Shown here: in pieces, positions 38,271 to 48,557 of the stretch
Numbering within the stretch: the stretch's first letter is position 1
Layout of the letters: each line of letters opens with the position of its first letter
Source: a virus
Lineage: Duplodnaviria > Caudoviricetes
Direction: 5' to 3' (one strand)
DNA: 64,000 nt
Virus record (IMG/VR): IMGVR_UViG_3300036802_000112
Coordinates: 64,001-128,000 of that record
Made by a program: the position numbers and the translations under genes
Notes under the pieces: generated by a model
What the model saw: the letters and a program-made list of their open reading frames with translations, nothing else
What the model was told of the DNA's origin: nothing
The model's database searches: none

Positions 38271-38942
38271 ATGGGATTCGAGTTAAAAGAATTTGATTAC
38301 AAAGAGCATGTTCTATCATTAATGTATTTACATACAGGGGAGGAAAAAGTCGAAAAAGAAATTCGAGTTTCTTTTAAATTCGAATGGGAACAACCGCAAG
38401 AATTTTTCAACAAGCATTTTATGGAAGTGAAAACAGGAAAAGAAGATCAAGCGGCCGATGCATTAAAAGGCGTTTCTTTTGTAGAAGGACAAGTGAGTCA
38501 CGAAGAAATCAAAAAGTTATTATTGGATGCTGTTACAATCCATGTTCCGACTTCTGATACTTTCGGTTTACTTTGGACGATACTTGAAACGTGGAAGAAA
38601 TTAAAAATGTGTCCGTTTCACATTCAAGATTTAGACCACCCTGCTTATCCCGTTATGACTATCGTATACAATAAAGAGGTTTTCCCTTGTATGCGTAAAT
38701 TAGTAGAAACTGTATTAGTAGCAATTGGGAATGCGGAGGTTACAGAGGTTGCGAAGCAGGAAGAAGAAACAAAAGAAGAAGAGATTGATATCTTAAATGA
38801 TGAGGATGCAGAAGTTATCGAACACGAAGTAGATGACGAAGTTGCAGCATTTATGAAGCAAAAGGGAGTAAAGAAGGAAGTAAAGATTGAGCCATTAAAA
38901 GAAGCGATGCCTACATTCGAGCCAGGAGGAGACGAAGAATGA
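38271..38942 (+). CDS. Hypothetical acidic protein
   Basis: GAGGAG RBS before ATG 38271. Confidence 0.65.
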   Translation: MGFELKEFDYKEHVLSLMYLHTGEEKVEKEIRVSFKFEWEQPQEFFNKHFMEVKTGKEDQAADALKGVSFVEGQVSHEEIKKLLLDAVTIHVPTSDTFGLLWTILETWKKLKMCPFHIQDLDHPAYPVMTIVYNKEVFPCMRKLVETVLVAIGNAEVTEVAKQEEETKEEEIDILNDEDAEVIEHEVDDEVAAFMKQKGVKKEVKIEPLKEAMPTFEPGGDEE

Positions 38943-39937
38943 TTAGTTATTTATATTTCACAGATCCACATGCAAAAGGGAAATCTCCATCAACAAGAAC
39001 AGATGACTTCCCTGAAACAATCCTAAGAAAAATTGCGAAAGGTTTTGAAATTGGTCATGAGAATAACGTCGATTTCTTTATGTGCGGCGGTGACTTCGTA
39101 GATAGTGCTTATGTATCACCTAAGTTCGTTAGACGTTTAGGGAGGGTTATCAAGGAGAATTTAAAAGGAAAGAAACTCTTCTTCGTTTGGGGCAACCACG
39201 ATATCATCGCATGGAATCCAAAAACCGCAGAAGACACAGCTTTCGGTCTATTCGAAGAATTCTTTGACGATATGATTCCTTTAACACGAGAGCCAACGAG
39301 ATACACATTCAACGGTGAAGATATTTTATTATCGGGTGTTCATTCTTATGCAAACTTAGATAGACATATATTAGATGCAGAAGGAAATATCTTAGAACAT
39401 CGTAGTCGTGATTATGTTATTACAGAAGATTACGACGCTCCAGTTATTCATACAGTGCATGGATATTTATCACCGAAAGCAATCTTAGAAGATATCCCTC
39501 ACACTGTAATTGCAGAGATGTCACATACAAAAGCAACAATTACACAAACAGGTCATGAGCATACTGGATTTGCTCCTATTACACTACCAAATGGTATCGT
39601 TGTAAATCCAGGTGCATTAGGTCGTGTATTTGCATCGCATACAGAAATGAACCGTATGCCTCAGTATACTTTGAATAAAGTGCATGGCATTGGTAACGCA
39701 GAGGTTATCCCTATTCAGTGTCCAATCGCTGAAAAAGGTGATGTGGTTATGGACAGAACTGCACTGGATGAAAAGAAAGCAAGACAAGAAATTCTGTTAC
39801 AAGCAAAAGCAAATATGAACGAAGTGTTAAGTGAAATTAATATTCAAGCTGTTGAGTTACATATTGTTATGCAACGTTTTAAAGACAAAGTTGACGATGA
39901 TGTATATGCAGAAGCGAAACGAAGATTAGGAGTGTGA
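38939..39937 (+). CDS. sbcD: SbcD/Mre11-like metallophosphoesterase nuclease
   Basis: TDPH, GGDFVD, GNHD, GHEH, NPGAL motifs. Confidence 0.88.
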   Translation: MISYLYFTDPHAKGKSPSTRTDDFPETILRKIAKGFEIGHENNVDFFMCGGDFVDSAYVSPKFVRRLGRVIKENLKGKKLFFVWGNHDIIAWNPKTAEDTAFGLFEEFFDDMIPLTREPTRYTFNGEDILLSGVHSYANLDRHILDAEGNILEHRSRDYVITEDYDAPVIHTVHGYLSPKAILEDIPHTVIAEMSHTKATITQTGHEHTGFAPITLPNGIVVNPGALGRVFASHTEMNRMPQYTLNKVHGIGNAEVIPIQCPIAEKGDVVMDRTALDEKKARQEILLQAKANMNEVLSEINIQAVELHIVMQRFKDKVDDDVYAEAKRRLGV

Positions 39938-39971
39938 TATACACTCCTTTTTCTATTGAGGAGGAAATGAC

Positions 39972-40997
39972 ATGGAAAAGGAAATTATTAACTTTTATGA
40001 AGTATTAGGTATTAAAACAACTGCGGATGCAAAAGAAATTAAGAAAGCATACAGAGATTTAGCGAAGAAATATCACCCTGATGTTAGTGATGTTGTAGAT
40101 GCGAAAGAGAAGTTCCAAGAAATTCAGGAAGCTTATGAGATTCTAGGGAACGAAGAGAGCAGAGAAGATTATGATGCTGCACTAAAGGATCATGAAGCAA
40201 GAGTGGAAAGAAGCAAAGTGAAGTTTACTGATGTATTCCGTTCTTTCTTCACGAGTTCTGCTAATGCATTAAAAGCGTTAGATGGAAAGGATGTTGAAGT
40301 TACCGTACTCTTTACAGTAGAAGATGCATTCAAAGGAACTGAAAAAACCTTTGAATACAATCGTTTTAAATCTTGCCCTGATTGCAAAGGACACGGCGTT
40401 ATCAGTGAAAACTTAACTCCTTGTTCTGATTGTGATGGAAAAGGCGTAACACCAAAAATGATTTTAACACCGTTTGGTAAACTACAGTCTTCCGAAGAAT
40501 GTAAAAAATGCAAAGGTACCACGTATAAGAAACATTCTCCTTGTGAAACATGCATGAGAACAGGGAAAGTAACAAACAAGTCTAAAATCAAAATAGAAGT
40601 TCCAGCGGATGTTTATCATGGCAAGCAAATGATTATACATGGTCGAGGTGAATTAGGTATTCGTGGTGGATCAACAGGAGACTTAATCATCACATTCGAA
40701 CATTCACCAAGCGATGTGTATAAATTGGAATATGATTACGACATTGTTAAGAAGTTGACGATTCCTTTAAAGACAGCACTTTTAGGAGGTGAGGCTCAAG
40801 TAATAAAACCGAATGGCGAAAAAGAAACCGTTAAAATACCAAAGGCTACGTCAAATGGTTCTCGACTTGGACTAGGTAACATGGGATTATTGAATGAGAA
40901 AACAAAGCAGAGAGGGCTATGCTACGCTGAATTGGTAGTAGCGATGCCTACAGATTTATCACAATCGGAACTGAATAAGATTGGTGATATCTTGTGA
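39972..40997 (+). CDS. dnaJ: DnaJ (Hsp40) co-chaperone
   Basis: J-domain with HPD; four CxxCx(G)xG-type Zn repeats; C-terminal substrate-binding domain. Confidence 0.92.
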   Translation: MEKEIINFYEVLGIKTTADAKEIKKAYRDLAKKYHPDVSDVVDAKEKFQEIQEAYEILGNEESREDYDAALKDHEARVERSKVKFTDVFRSFFTSSANALKALDGKDVEVTVLFTVEDAFKGTEKTFEYNRFKSCPDCKGHGVISENLTPCSDCDGKGVTPKMILTPFGKLQSSEECKKCKGTTYKKHSPCETCMRTGKVTNKSKIKIEVPADVYHGKQMIIHGRGELGIRGGSTGDLIITFEHSPSDVYKLEYDYDIVKKLTIPLKTALLGGEAQVIKPNGEKETVKIPKATSNGSRLGLGNMGLLNEKTKQRGLCYAELVVAMPTDLSQSELNKIGDIL

Positions 40998-41013
40998 TAG
41001 GAGGAAGAGAATC

Positions 41014-42294
41014 TTGACTACAACTTATTTGACGGGTGTGGAATTATATGATTTCCGCACCCACTCTAAAACAAAAATGAAATTCACAAGAGATATGAAT
41101 GCTCTTGTTGGTTCTAGTAGTGCTGGTAAGAGTAATGTTATACGTGGAATCATTTGGAATATTTTGAATGAACCTGCTGGTAATGACTTCATTAAACAAG
41201 GGAAGTCAGAAGCTTGTGTTATTACACATTGGTCCAATGGTTACTCTATTGAACGAGCTAGAAATAAAAGCGGAACAAAAAACGTATACATCGTACACAA
41301 AGATGGTGAAGTAGTTAACGAGTACACTGGTTTCGGAACTGGCGTACCACCTGAGGTTACAGACATTCATGGTATTAGACCTTTAGCGAACGGTGTGTAT
41401 TTCAACTATGCAAACCAATTAGAATCAGCATTCTTATTATCTGAGTCTCCAAAGGTTCGTGCTGAAGTTATTGGTAACTTAGAAGAATTGGGTCGTATTG
41501 ATGAAGAGTTAACGAAAATCAATAGTGACATTAAAGCTGATAAAAAGTTATACAAAGTAATATCAGAAGAAGTTGCTAGTTACAATACTTCTATAGAAGA
41601 GTTAGAAAAGAAAATCGAATTAAAAGCACAGAAAATCGAAGTGCTCAAAGAGTTTTGTGGTAGCGTAGAAGAACAAGAACGCATTCAAAATACGTTATCA
41701 AAACACAACGAACGCTTAGCAACATTAACAGAAGAAATTAATCAAGCAGCTCGCACAGTCATGACAGCGAATAAGATATTAGAAAACTGGGATGACAACT
41801 TAGAGAGCAATATTCAAACGTATCGTAAATTAGAAGGTTACGTAAGTCGATTAGGAGAAATACAAGTTGAAATGAGTTCTATTTCATTCTTAAAAGATGA
41901 GGCATTATCAGAACTAATTAGATTATGCGAGGAAACAGAAGGCTCCATGCAATCGTTCCAAGCATTCTCTAATTACGCAAAACGCTTAGAAGGTATTCAT
42001 GATTCCAGACAACGAATAGAATCTCAAATGCCTTCTGAGAGAATTGCGAGTATGAATTTTGATGCATTAGATAAAGATATCGAACATTTCCGATATGTAC
42101 AAAAACACCTGAGTCGATTACAAGACATCGATTCGGAAGTAGTGCGTAATAAACAAGAAACAGAAAAGGCTACAAACGAAATCGTCAACCTAGTAGATAA
42201 ATTAGTGGAACTACTACATGATGAAAAAGTATGCCCAACTTGTACGCAAACAACAGAAAACATTACAACAGAACAAATCAAACAATTAGTATAA
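41014..42294 (+). CDS. SbcC/Rad50 N-terminal half (Walker A, coiled coil, Zn hook)
   Basis: DFRTH, GSSSAGKS Walker A, Q-loop, coiled coil ending in CPTC; TTG start with AGGAGG. Confidence 0.85.
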   Translation: MTTTYLTGVELYDFRTHSKTKMKFTRDMNALVGSSSAGKSNVIRGIIWNILNEPAGNDFIKQGKSEACVITHWSNGYSIERARNKSGTKNVYIVHKDGEVVNEYTGFGTGVPPEVTDIHGIRPLANGVYFNYANQLESAFLLSESPKVRAEVIGNLEELGRIDEELTKINSDIKADKKLYKVISEEVASYNTSIEELEKKIELKAQKIEVLKEFCGSVEEQERIQNTLSKHNERLATLTEEINQAARTVMTANKILENWDDNLESNIQTYRKLEGYVSRLGEIQVEMSSISFLKDEALSELIRLCEETEGSMQSFQAFSNYAKRLEGIHDSRQRIESQMPSERIASMNFDALDKDIEHFRYVQKHLSRLQDIDSEVVRNKQETEKATNEIVNLVDKLVELLHDEKVCPTCTQTTENITTEQIKQLV

Positions 42295-42312
42295 ACTAGG
42301 AGGAATTTTATA

Positions 42313-42564
42313 ATGGCTACAGAATATGCAAAAATCAAACAAGCGGTGGAATTACAAAAGACAAAGAAAGCAACAGGAGAAGCTAGACTAGTTTCGTTAA
42401 GTGAAGAAGAAACTCGTATTTATGCAGATATCGAACGTGAAACAGGAAAGAAAGTAACATCGAAAGAAGAATTAGAAGTAATGAACGAACAATCACAAAA
42501 GGACATCGCAGATAAGATTCGTAAAATGAAAGAAATCTTAGATGCGGAAGGAGTGGCGTATTAA
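42313..42564 (+). CDS. Small coiled-coil protein, probable middle piece of split SbcC
   Basis: 83-aa helical ORF between the two SbcC halves. Confidence 0.55.
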   Translation: MATEYAKIKQAVELQKTKKATGEARLVSLSEEETRIYADIERETGKKVTSKEELEVMNEQSQKDIADKIRKMKEILDAEGVAY

Positions 42565-43217
42565 TGGAGGTTGCGACGTTACCAACCAACAAGGAAGTGA
42601 TTCGTGCTGCCAAGGATATGATCCAGCAGCACGAACAAGATTTAGTTGAGTTAGAACGATTAAAAGTGGAGTTAGTTAGAAAGACAGCGCAACGTGACGA
42701 AATCACACCTCGTATTGAATTACTAGAAAAGGTACGAGTATTCATGCAATCATTAGCGGAAGCGACTCGTGATGAAATCATGTCAGGTTTACAACACGTT
42801 GTTACGATATGCTTACAAAGTGTATTCGGGCCACACCTTCGCTTTGAAATAGAAGTAGAAACAAAACGAAACAATACAGGAATCGAGTTCTACATTGTGG
42901 ATGAATCAGGAGATGTGCCAGTACGATTAAAACCAGAAGGTAACATGGCTGGTGGAGAATTAGATACAATCTCTATTGGTTTACGATTCGGATTACTGAA
43001 AGTATTAAACCCTTCTCCAGAAGGACCAGTATTCCTTGACGAACCAGCTAAGATGATTTCGGGAGATAGAGTACATTCTATTGCGAATCTCTTAAAAGAG
43101 CTGTCTAAGATGTTTGATAAACAAATCATCATGGTATCTCACCACGAAGCATTAATTGATGTTGTAGACAATTCTATTTATTTCAAAAGAGAAAACGGCG
43201 TAACGGTCTGCGAATAA
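42564..43217 (+). CDS. SbcC/Rad50 C-terminal half (ABC signature, Walker B)
   Basis: MAGGE signature, VFLDEP, MVSHH. Confidence 0.85.
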   Translation: MEVATLPTNKEVIRAAKDMIQQHEQDLVELERLKVELVRKTAQRDEITPRIELLEKVRVFMQSLAEATRDEIMSGLQHVVTICLQSVFGPHLRFEIEVETKRNNTGIEFYIVDESGDVPVRLKPEGNMAGGELDTISIGLRFGLLKVLNPSPEGPVFLDEPAKMISGDRVHSIANLLKELSKMFDKQIIMVSHHEALIDVVDNSIYFKRENGVTVCE

Positions 43218-43230
43218 AGGGAGTGCGAAT

Positions 43231-43608
43231 ATGAAGGTCAACGAAACGAAACATTATTATGAAAAAGAAATCGGGGAAGTAAAGGAGTTACTTTCCCGGT
43301 TATTAAAAGGTCAAGCGTTCATAGAGAAAGCTGCAAAAGAAGGTTCAGTTGTTAAATCTTTAGAAGCAGTTCAGTTATACAATAAAATTTCGAAGGAAGT
43401 TTTTGAGAAACTTGAGTTATGTCAATTCTATCACGAATTCTTATGTATGGATAAAACAGTCGTGATTAATAGAAGGGGACGGGCTATTAACTTAGACCCG
43501 TTAATAAGCCAAAGGGAGGTAGAGATTAGTCCTTACCACCTTCGAAGCATGGAAGTTTTAAAAGATGTATTTGGAGAAAACTTCGAAGAGATGGTGGAGT
43601 TTAGGTAG
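43231..43608 (+). CDS. Hypothetical protein
   Basis: GGGAG RBS; 125 aa. Confidence 0.65.
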   Translation: MKVNETKHYYEKEIGEVKELLSRLLKGQAFIEKAAKEGSVVKSLEAVQLYNKISKEVFEKLELCQFYHEFLCMDKTVVINRRGRAINLDPLISQREVEISPYHLRSMEVLKDVFGENFEEMVEFR

Positions 43609-43661
43609 TGAAGAGTGATGATAAAATCACTCTTTTTATTTTGTGGAAATGAGTCGAAAAG

Positions 43662-43679
43662 TTGTTATAAGTAAAGTGA
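43662..43679 (+). promoter_or_regulatory. Conserved phage promoter motif, copy 4
   Basis: TTGTTATAAGTAAAGTGA exact match. Confidence 0.75.
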
Positions 43680-43721
43680 AGAAAGAAACTATACATAAAT
43701 AAAAAATTGGAGGAACAAAAA

Positions 43722-44216
43722 ATGACAAACAATACAATGGATTACAACGAGGAAGTAGTAGAAATGGTAGAAAATGAAGAAGTAGCAGCAACAACAAATA
43801 ACGAAGATGGAGTTGAAGAAGTAGTGGAAACAGGAAACAATAACCAAGGATTAAAATTAATCGGAACAGCAATTGGTTCAGCAGTAGCAGGAGCAGTAAC
43901 AGGATGGTTTGGAAGAGGTGCATTAGAAAAACGCAAAAGAGAAAAAATGTTTGATGAAATACAAAAACAATTATATCTAATTGAAGCATCAGCGCAAGGA
44001 CACGAAGAAGTAGAATGGGATGGAAAACTTTATACAACAAAAGGGATTCATGTAATGACAACAGAAGAATTAAAAGCTTATATCATGGATAGAATTTTAG
44101 GAAACATGAAAGTGAAAGATTACGAAAGACAATTATGGAACAATCTATTAACAACAATAGTGACAGTTGAAGAAAGAATTATTATCAACAGCAAAATTGT
44201 AGTAGACGAGAAATAA
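43722..44216 (+). CDS. A-rich early gene, single-TM protein
   Basis: GGAGG RBS; LIGTAIGSAVAGAVTGWFG helix. Confidence 0.65.
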   Translation: MTNNTMDYNEEVVEMVENEEVAATTNNEDGVEEVVETGNNNQGLKLIGTAIGSAVAGAVTGWFGRGALEKRKREKMFDEIQKQLYLIEASAQGHEEVEWDGKLYTTKGIHVMTTEELKAYIMDRILGNMKVKDYERQLWNNLLTTIVTVEERIIINSKIVVDEK

Positions 44217-44220
44217 TACG

Positions 44221-44260
44221 AAACAACAGATACAGTAATGTATCTGTTGTTTACTTTTTT
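44221..44260 (+). terminator. 14-bp perfect hairpin terminator
   Basis: AAACAACAGATACA-gtaa-TGTATCTGTTGTTT plus T tract. Confidence 0.75.
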
Positions 44261-44294
44261 AGACCAAAAAAATAAATGAACATATAAAAGGAGA

Positions 44295-45338
44295 ATGAAA
44301 ATGGAACGAGTTAAAGGACTATTATTTGAGGTAGCAAAGAGTAATATGGATACGAGATTACAAGGGTTCTTCATTGATCCAGATAAAGGTATGGCACTTG
44401 CAGGGCACAGAAGAATTTACGGTCATGGCGATTGCTTAGTACGTGCAATGGGTGATTTTGATATGCCACAAAAATACGGATACCGTCCAGGATACTATGA
44501 TTATAGTAAAGATGATTTCTATGCAGATCAACCAGGTCTTTACGGAAAGCAAGTTGAGGGAGACAGATACATGGTTGGACCAGAAGAATCTGATATGATT
44601 TTCGGTCAAGCATTCGAAAAAATCGAAGACGGTTTCTCTGTATTAGTAAACCCAAAAATCATTTGTGAGTTCATTGAGAATTTCACAAAATTCAATGGCT
44701 TTGCAAATAAGAAATTAAATATGCAAGTATTTAACGGAATGTCAAATGTAGGTCATTTCACTGGAAGAATCGAAACGAATCCAAATACAGGTGAAATCGG
44801 AATTGTTATCGCCAATAAATACTTCTGCCATATTGATAAAAAGTACTCTTTACTTAACCCTGACCACATCAGAGAAGGTGCTTATGTAGTTGCGGAAATG
44901 GTAGGAGTTGTGGAAGAGAAACGTGTAGTTAGATTACTTCGTATGTTCAAAAGTGGCATCCGACTTGCGATTCAGGATTTCAGAAATGGATTGATGTTAG
45001 ATAATGCTGCACCGTATTCTTTACATGAAGAAACAGATAACGGAATCACAAAACAAGGAATTATGGATGTTCCGTTCTTAGAAAGACAGTTTGACCCTAA
45101 TGATCCACAAAGCCAAAATGCATACTTGAAAGCTCCTGTATTACATTTTGACTTAGATACATTCTACCGTGCATTAAAACCAATGGAAATGCATAGAGTA
45201 GCTGAAATCCATTTTAAAGATTGTATCTCTCCAGTTATGATGCGAACAATTAACGAAGGAGAACCAGGAGAAATTGCGGTAGAGTCGTTGATAGGAACGT
45301 CGTCTCCGTATAGAAGAGGAAAGGTGTGGACTCCGTGA
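44295..45338 (+). CDS. Putative beta-sliding-clamp-like protein
   Basis: C-terminus LHFDLDTFYRALKPM...EIHFKDCISPVMMRT...ESLI resembles DnaN domain III; 347 aa. Confidence 0.45.
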   Translation: MKMERVKGLLFEVAKSNMDTRLQGFFIDPDKGMALAGHRRIYGHGDCLVRAMGDFDMPQKYGYRPGYYDYSKDDFYADQPGLYGKQVEGDRYMVGPEESDMIFGQAFEKIEDGFSVLVNPKIICEFIENFTKFNGFANKKLNMQVFNGMSNVGHFTGRIETNPNTGEIGIVIANKYFCHIDKKYSLLNPDHIREGAYVVAEMVGVVEEKRVVRLLRMFKSGIRLAIQDFRNGLMLDNAAPYSLHEETDNGITKQGIMDVPFLERQFDPNDPQSQNAYLKAPVLHFDLDTFYRALKPMEMHRVAEIHFKDCISPVMMRTINEGEPGEIAVESLIGTSSPYRRGKVWTP

Positions 45339-45694
45339 TGAGGTATCAATTAATAACAGGAGAAGGAGATATAAACCGCAAGCTCGGCGTAGACTTACAT
45401 AAAGTCTATAGCCGGGCTTGCGCGGGTTTTAACCCGTTAACGTATCTACCTTCAGATTATGTACCGAATTTTGAATCTCTGTATGAGGAATATTGTGATA
45501 TGTATATCCAAAAAGTAACCGATGCAGATTCATTTTTCGAATCAATCAAAGAGATGGCTACCTCGGAAGGGGGTGATAATGTAAGTGGTAGTATTGTAGG
45601 GAAAGCAGAATTCCTGAACATTTTATTTATGACCAATCACTTGTTTTTCTTAGATGGCGAATTGATGAATTCGATAGTACTGGAGGTATGGTAG
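45338..45694 (+). CDS. EVW-family paralog 1
   Basis: MRYQL...LMNSIVLEVW. Confidence 0.8.
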   Translation: MRYQLITGEGDINRKLGVDLHKVYSRACAGFNPLTYLPSDYVPNFESLYEEYCDMYIQKVTDADSFFESIKEMATSEGGDNVSGSIVGKAEFLNILFMTNHLFFLDGELMNSIVLEVW

Positions 45695-45697
45695 GAG

Positions 45698-46066
45698 ATG
45701 GTAAGGAACGATGAGTTAGCGGAATATATGTATGGAATAGAAGAAGCAGAAGCAATAACAATGTTAATTGATATTTATAGAAATATAGCAATATCATCAG
45801 AAATAACAATTCCTGATATTGACATTCTATACAATATTTTTAGAGAGCGATGGGTGGATAAAACATATGACTTCGTGGTTGCAAATGCAGATGCATATGC
45901 ACTCGATTTAACTGAATTTACAAAGACAAATTACATTTACAAACTCGAAGAAGTTGGTTTTGTAATATTAAAAGTAGACGATGTGCACGACATATTGAAT
46001 CGGATGCAATTTTCGTTTCGTAGTAAAGAAGAAATATGGAATACAGCGGTGATAGAAGTATGGTAA
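45698..46066 (+). CDS. EVW-family paralog 2
   Basis: Ends IWNTAVIEVW. Confidence 0.8.
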   Translation: MVRNDELAEYMYGIEEAEAITMLIDIYRNIAISSEITIPDIDILYNIFRERWVDKTYDFVVANADAYALDLTEFTKTNYIYKLEEVGFVILKVDDVHDILNRMQFSFRSKEEIWNTAVIEVW

Positions 46067-46461
46067 GTTATGGACTTTCAACAAGAATTGATGAAGAAAT
46101 AAGCTCGAAGATTGACTTCGAGCTTATTTCTTCTATTTACAAAGAATTAACAGCTATGTATTACGTACCTAGTTCCGAGGCTATTTTTAATCATTATAAT
46201 ATGGTATTGGAACATAGATTAACAGAACTACAGGCCACGTTATATCCAGATGATGTTTATGAAGGGAAGCCAGGACAAGCGTATTCTCCAACCGTCCTTC
46301 CTGATTACGTGACAGCAGATTTACAGCAATACATACATATGGAGCCTGTAACTTTAGAAGACGTAGAATCATGTTTAGAATGTTATCACTTGTTCTTCAT
46401 TAGGGAAGAAAGAGATTATCAAAATGAATATATTAACCCAATTATATTAGAGGTGTGGTAG
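46060..46461 (+). CDS. EVW-family paralog 3
   Basis: MVSYGL...YINPIILEVW. Confidence 0.8.
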   Translation: MVSYGLSTRIDEEISSKIDFELISSIYKELTAMYYVPSSEAIFNHYNMVLEHRLTELQATLYPDDVYEGKPGQAYSPTVLPDYVTADLQQYIHMEPVTLEDVESCLECYHLFFIREERDYQNEYINPIILEVW

Positions 46462-46473
46462 GGAGAGAATATT

Positions 46474-46875
46474 ATGTTGCCAAACGTGTTAGTTGAACAT
46501 TCGGAGTTGTTAATTAATGATATGCAAATGTTTATATTTCAAGAATATAAATTGATTTGGGATGAATGTATATCGAAACGAAGAACGGAAGTTCCTTCAA
46601 TATATACGATTGCAGAACGCATTTACGAGGTTCTACAAGACAAAATCACAAAGCTGCTACAGGCTAAGTATACATTTAATATCGATAACTTCAACGAAGA
46701 AGATTTCCAAAAAACCGTGGCAATATATTCATTTTGGTTTGACCAAAAGACAGAAGGTAATGATTACATATTTGAATCTTTACTTCATGAAATGACTAAA
46801 TTTTTCTGTTTGCATCAATTATTTCACGAAAGGGATGGGGAGTTAATAAATCAACCTATCTTGGAGGTGTGGTGA
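46474..46875 (+). CDS. EVW-family paralog 4
   Basis: Ends LINQPILEVW. Confidence 0.8.
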   Translation: MLPNVLVEHSELLINDMQMFIFQEYKLIWDECISKRRTEVPSIYTIAERIYEVLQDKITKLLQAKYTFNIDNFNEEDFQKTVAIYSFWFDQKTEGNDYIFESLLHEMTKFFCLHQLFHERDGELINQPILEVW

Positions 46876-46877
46876 TA

Positions 46878-47243
46878 TTGTATGAACTGATAAACCCATT
46901 GGATGTTATCGGTAACTTAGCTTATGTAGCGCTTAATTCAACGTATTTATTTATCGTTTCGGAAAGATGTTATAACCCAAATCATATACCTACGATTGAA
47001 ATGATTCACAATCACTTTGTGGATCATTTCATTCAAGAGTTAGTGTTAGAAGTTATACAAAGAGAAAGTTTCGAAACATTAGGTGCTGATGATTTAGACG
47101 ACTTCTTACATCAAGTTAAGAACAAAAAATACCATCCGTTTATACCTGACATTATTGAACTACGAAATATGTTAGAAGCATGTTATATGACTTTTATAGA
47201 GGACGGTGAAGTTCATAATCCAATTATTGTGGAGGTGTGGTGA
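46878..47243 (+). CDS. EVW-family paralog 5 (start may be 46869-46878)
   Basis: (M)YEL...VHNPIIVEVW. Confidence 0.8.
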   Translation: MYELINPLDVIGNLAYVALNSTYLFIVSERCYNPNHIPTIEMIHNHFVDHFIQELVLEVIQRESFETLGADDLDDFLHQVKNKKYHPFIPDIIELRNMLEACYMTFIEDGEVHNPIIVEVW

Positions 47244-47662
47244 TGTATCAACTTATACATCAGAATGACCGGAAAAAGAGCGCTTTAGAAGAATCAGCAG
47301 AAGCCATATTTTATTCAGTATACGGAGAGTTAGGAGAAGCAATACTGGATGAATTGTTTGGAGATTACCCGTATATCTTTATAGGGGATTTAGTAGATAA
47401 AGTGTATCAAGAATTGTATTTCGAGGAATACACAAACTTAATAGATGAATCAATCTTGAGAGGTGATCACGAAATATATGCACTATCAAAAGATGATTAT
47501 ACATTACAAGTATACGGAGGAAATATCGGTTTATATTATGAACCTGCTTTTGAAGTGTCTGATATAAAAACAATGATAAGTCAAATGTTGTGCGAACAGA
47601 ACATAGCATACTTAGATTATGACTTCACGATGCAAAATGAAATTATATTAGAGGTGTGGTAA
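47243..47662 (+). CDS. EVW-family paralog 6
   Basis: MYQL...MQNEIILEVW. Confidence 0.8.
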   Translation: MYQLIHQNDRKKSALEESAEAIFYSVYGELGEAILDELFGDYPYIFIGDLVDKVYQELYFEEYTNLIDESILRGDHEIYALSKDDYTLQVYGGNIGLYYEPAFEVSDIKTMISQMLCEQNIAYLDYDFTMQNEIILEVW

Positions 47663-48126
47663 TGGTCAATGTAAATGAATTAATGCTTATGAATCCAGAT
47701 GACATTGTAGGTATTATGGATGCTATGAATTTAATAACAAAGGAGACATTCGATAGGTTCGTCACGTTATTAACACATTGGTACAAAAGAGAATCACTGA
47801 TGGAAGATAACATTCCAAATTTATTTCCAATCTTCCAGATGACAGATCCAATCATAGACGACTTATGCGAAATATTTATAGAGAGTATAGGGTGGAGGGA
47901 GTTGGGAGAACAACAGATGACTCATGAATTCGAACGGAATCCGGAAGACAAACTAATTATCAAGAATCAATTTGTCGATGGTTACGATTCGGTATATTCA
48001 ACAAACATGGTCAGGGATACAGAACGAGTTTTTAATTCTATGAACCTTGTACATAGATGGGATTCTACATATGTAGGAGGTAAAGATAACTTAGTAACAG
48101 GAGGAGTTGTATTAGAAGTATGGTAG
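47662..48126 (+). CDS. EVW-family paralog 7
   Basis: Ends TGGVVLEVW. Confidence 0.8.
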   Translation: MVNVNELMLMNPDDIVGIMDAMNLITKETFDRFVTLLTHWYKRESLMEDNIPNLFPIFQMTDPIIDDLCEIFIESIGWRELGEQQMTHEFERNPEDKLIIKNQFVDGYDSVYSTNMVRDTERVFNSMNLVHRWDSTYVGGKDNLVTGGVVLEVW

Positions 48127-48557
48127 GTACATATGCATTATCAGTAGAAACGGAAGAAATAGAATACGATGTAATCAAACCACAATACGTATCATGGTTT
48201 GAAAGGGTAATTATGAATTGGTATCAAGAGTTCGGTAGGTTAACCCCCAAATACCTACCGACTGTTGTGGATATTTTAGATGATAGCCTTCATCCAATAG
48301 GTGGAACTGCATCAGAAGCATTCGCTCTTTTAGAACAATCTGTTCAAGTTGAGTTTTGTGGTATTGATACATTTCCAGAAGACTTAGGGAATTGGACAGA
48401 TGACCACTACTTATACTTTGAAGACCAAGTGGATTTAACTGATTACGAAGTAGATTTATTTAAAGATATAGAGAAACTGTTAGAAACGAAAGGATTAACA
48501 TACTCTAGATATAACCCCGAAACAGCGCAAGTATCAAGTGTAATCGAGGTGTGGTAA
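48120..48557 (+). CDS. EVW-family paralog 8
   Basis: MVGTYAL...VSSVIEVW. Confidence 0.8.
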   Translation: MVGTYALSVETEEIEYDVIKPQYVSWFERVIMNWYQEFGRLTPKYLPTVVDILDDSLHPIGGTASEAFALLEQSVQVEFCGIDTFPEDLGNWTDDHYLYFEDQVDLTDYEVDLFKDIEKLLETKGLTYSRYNPETAQVSSVIEVW

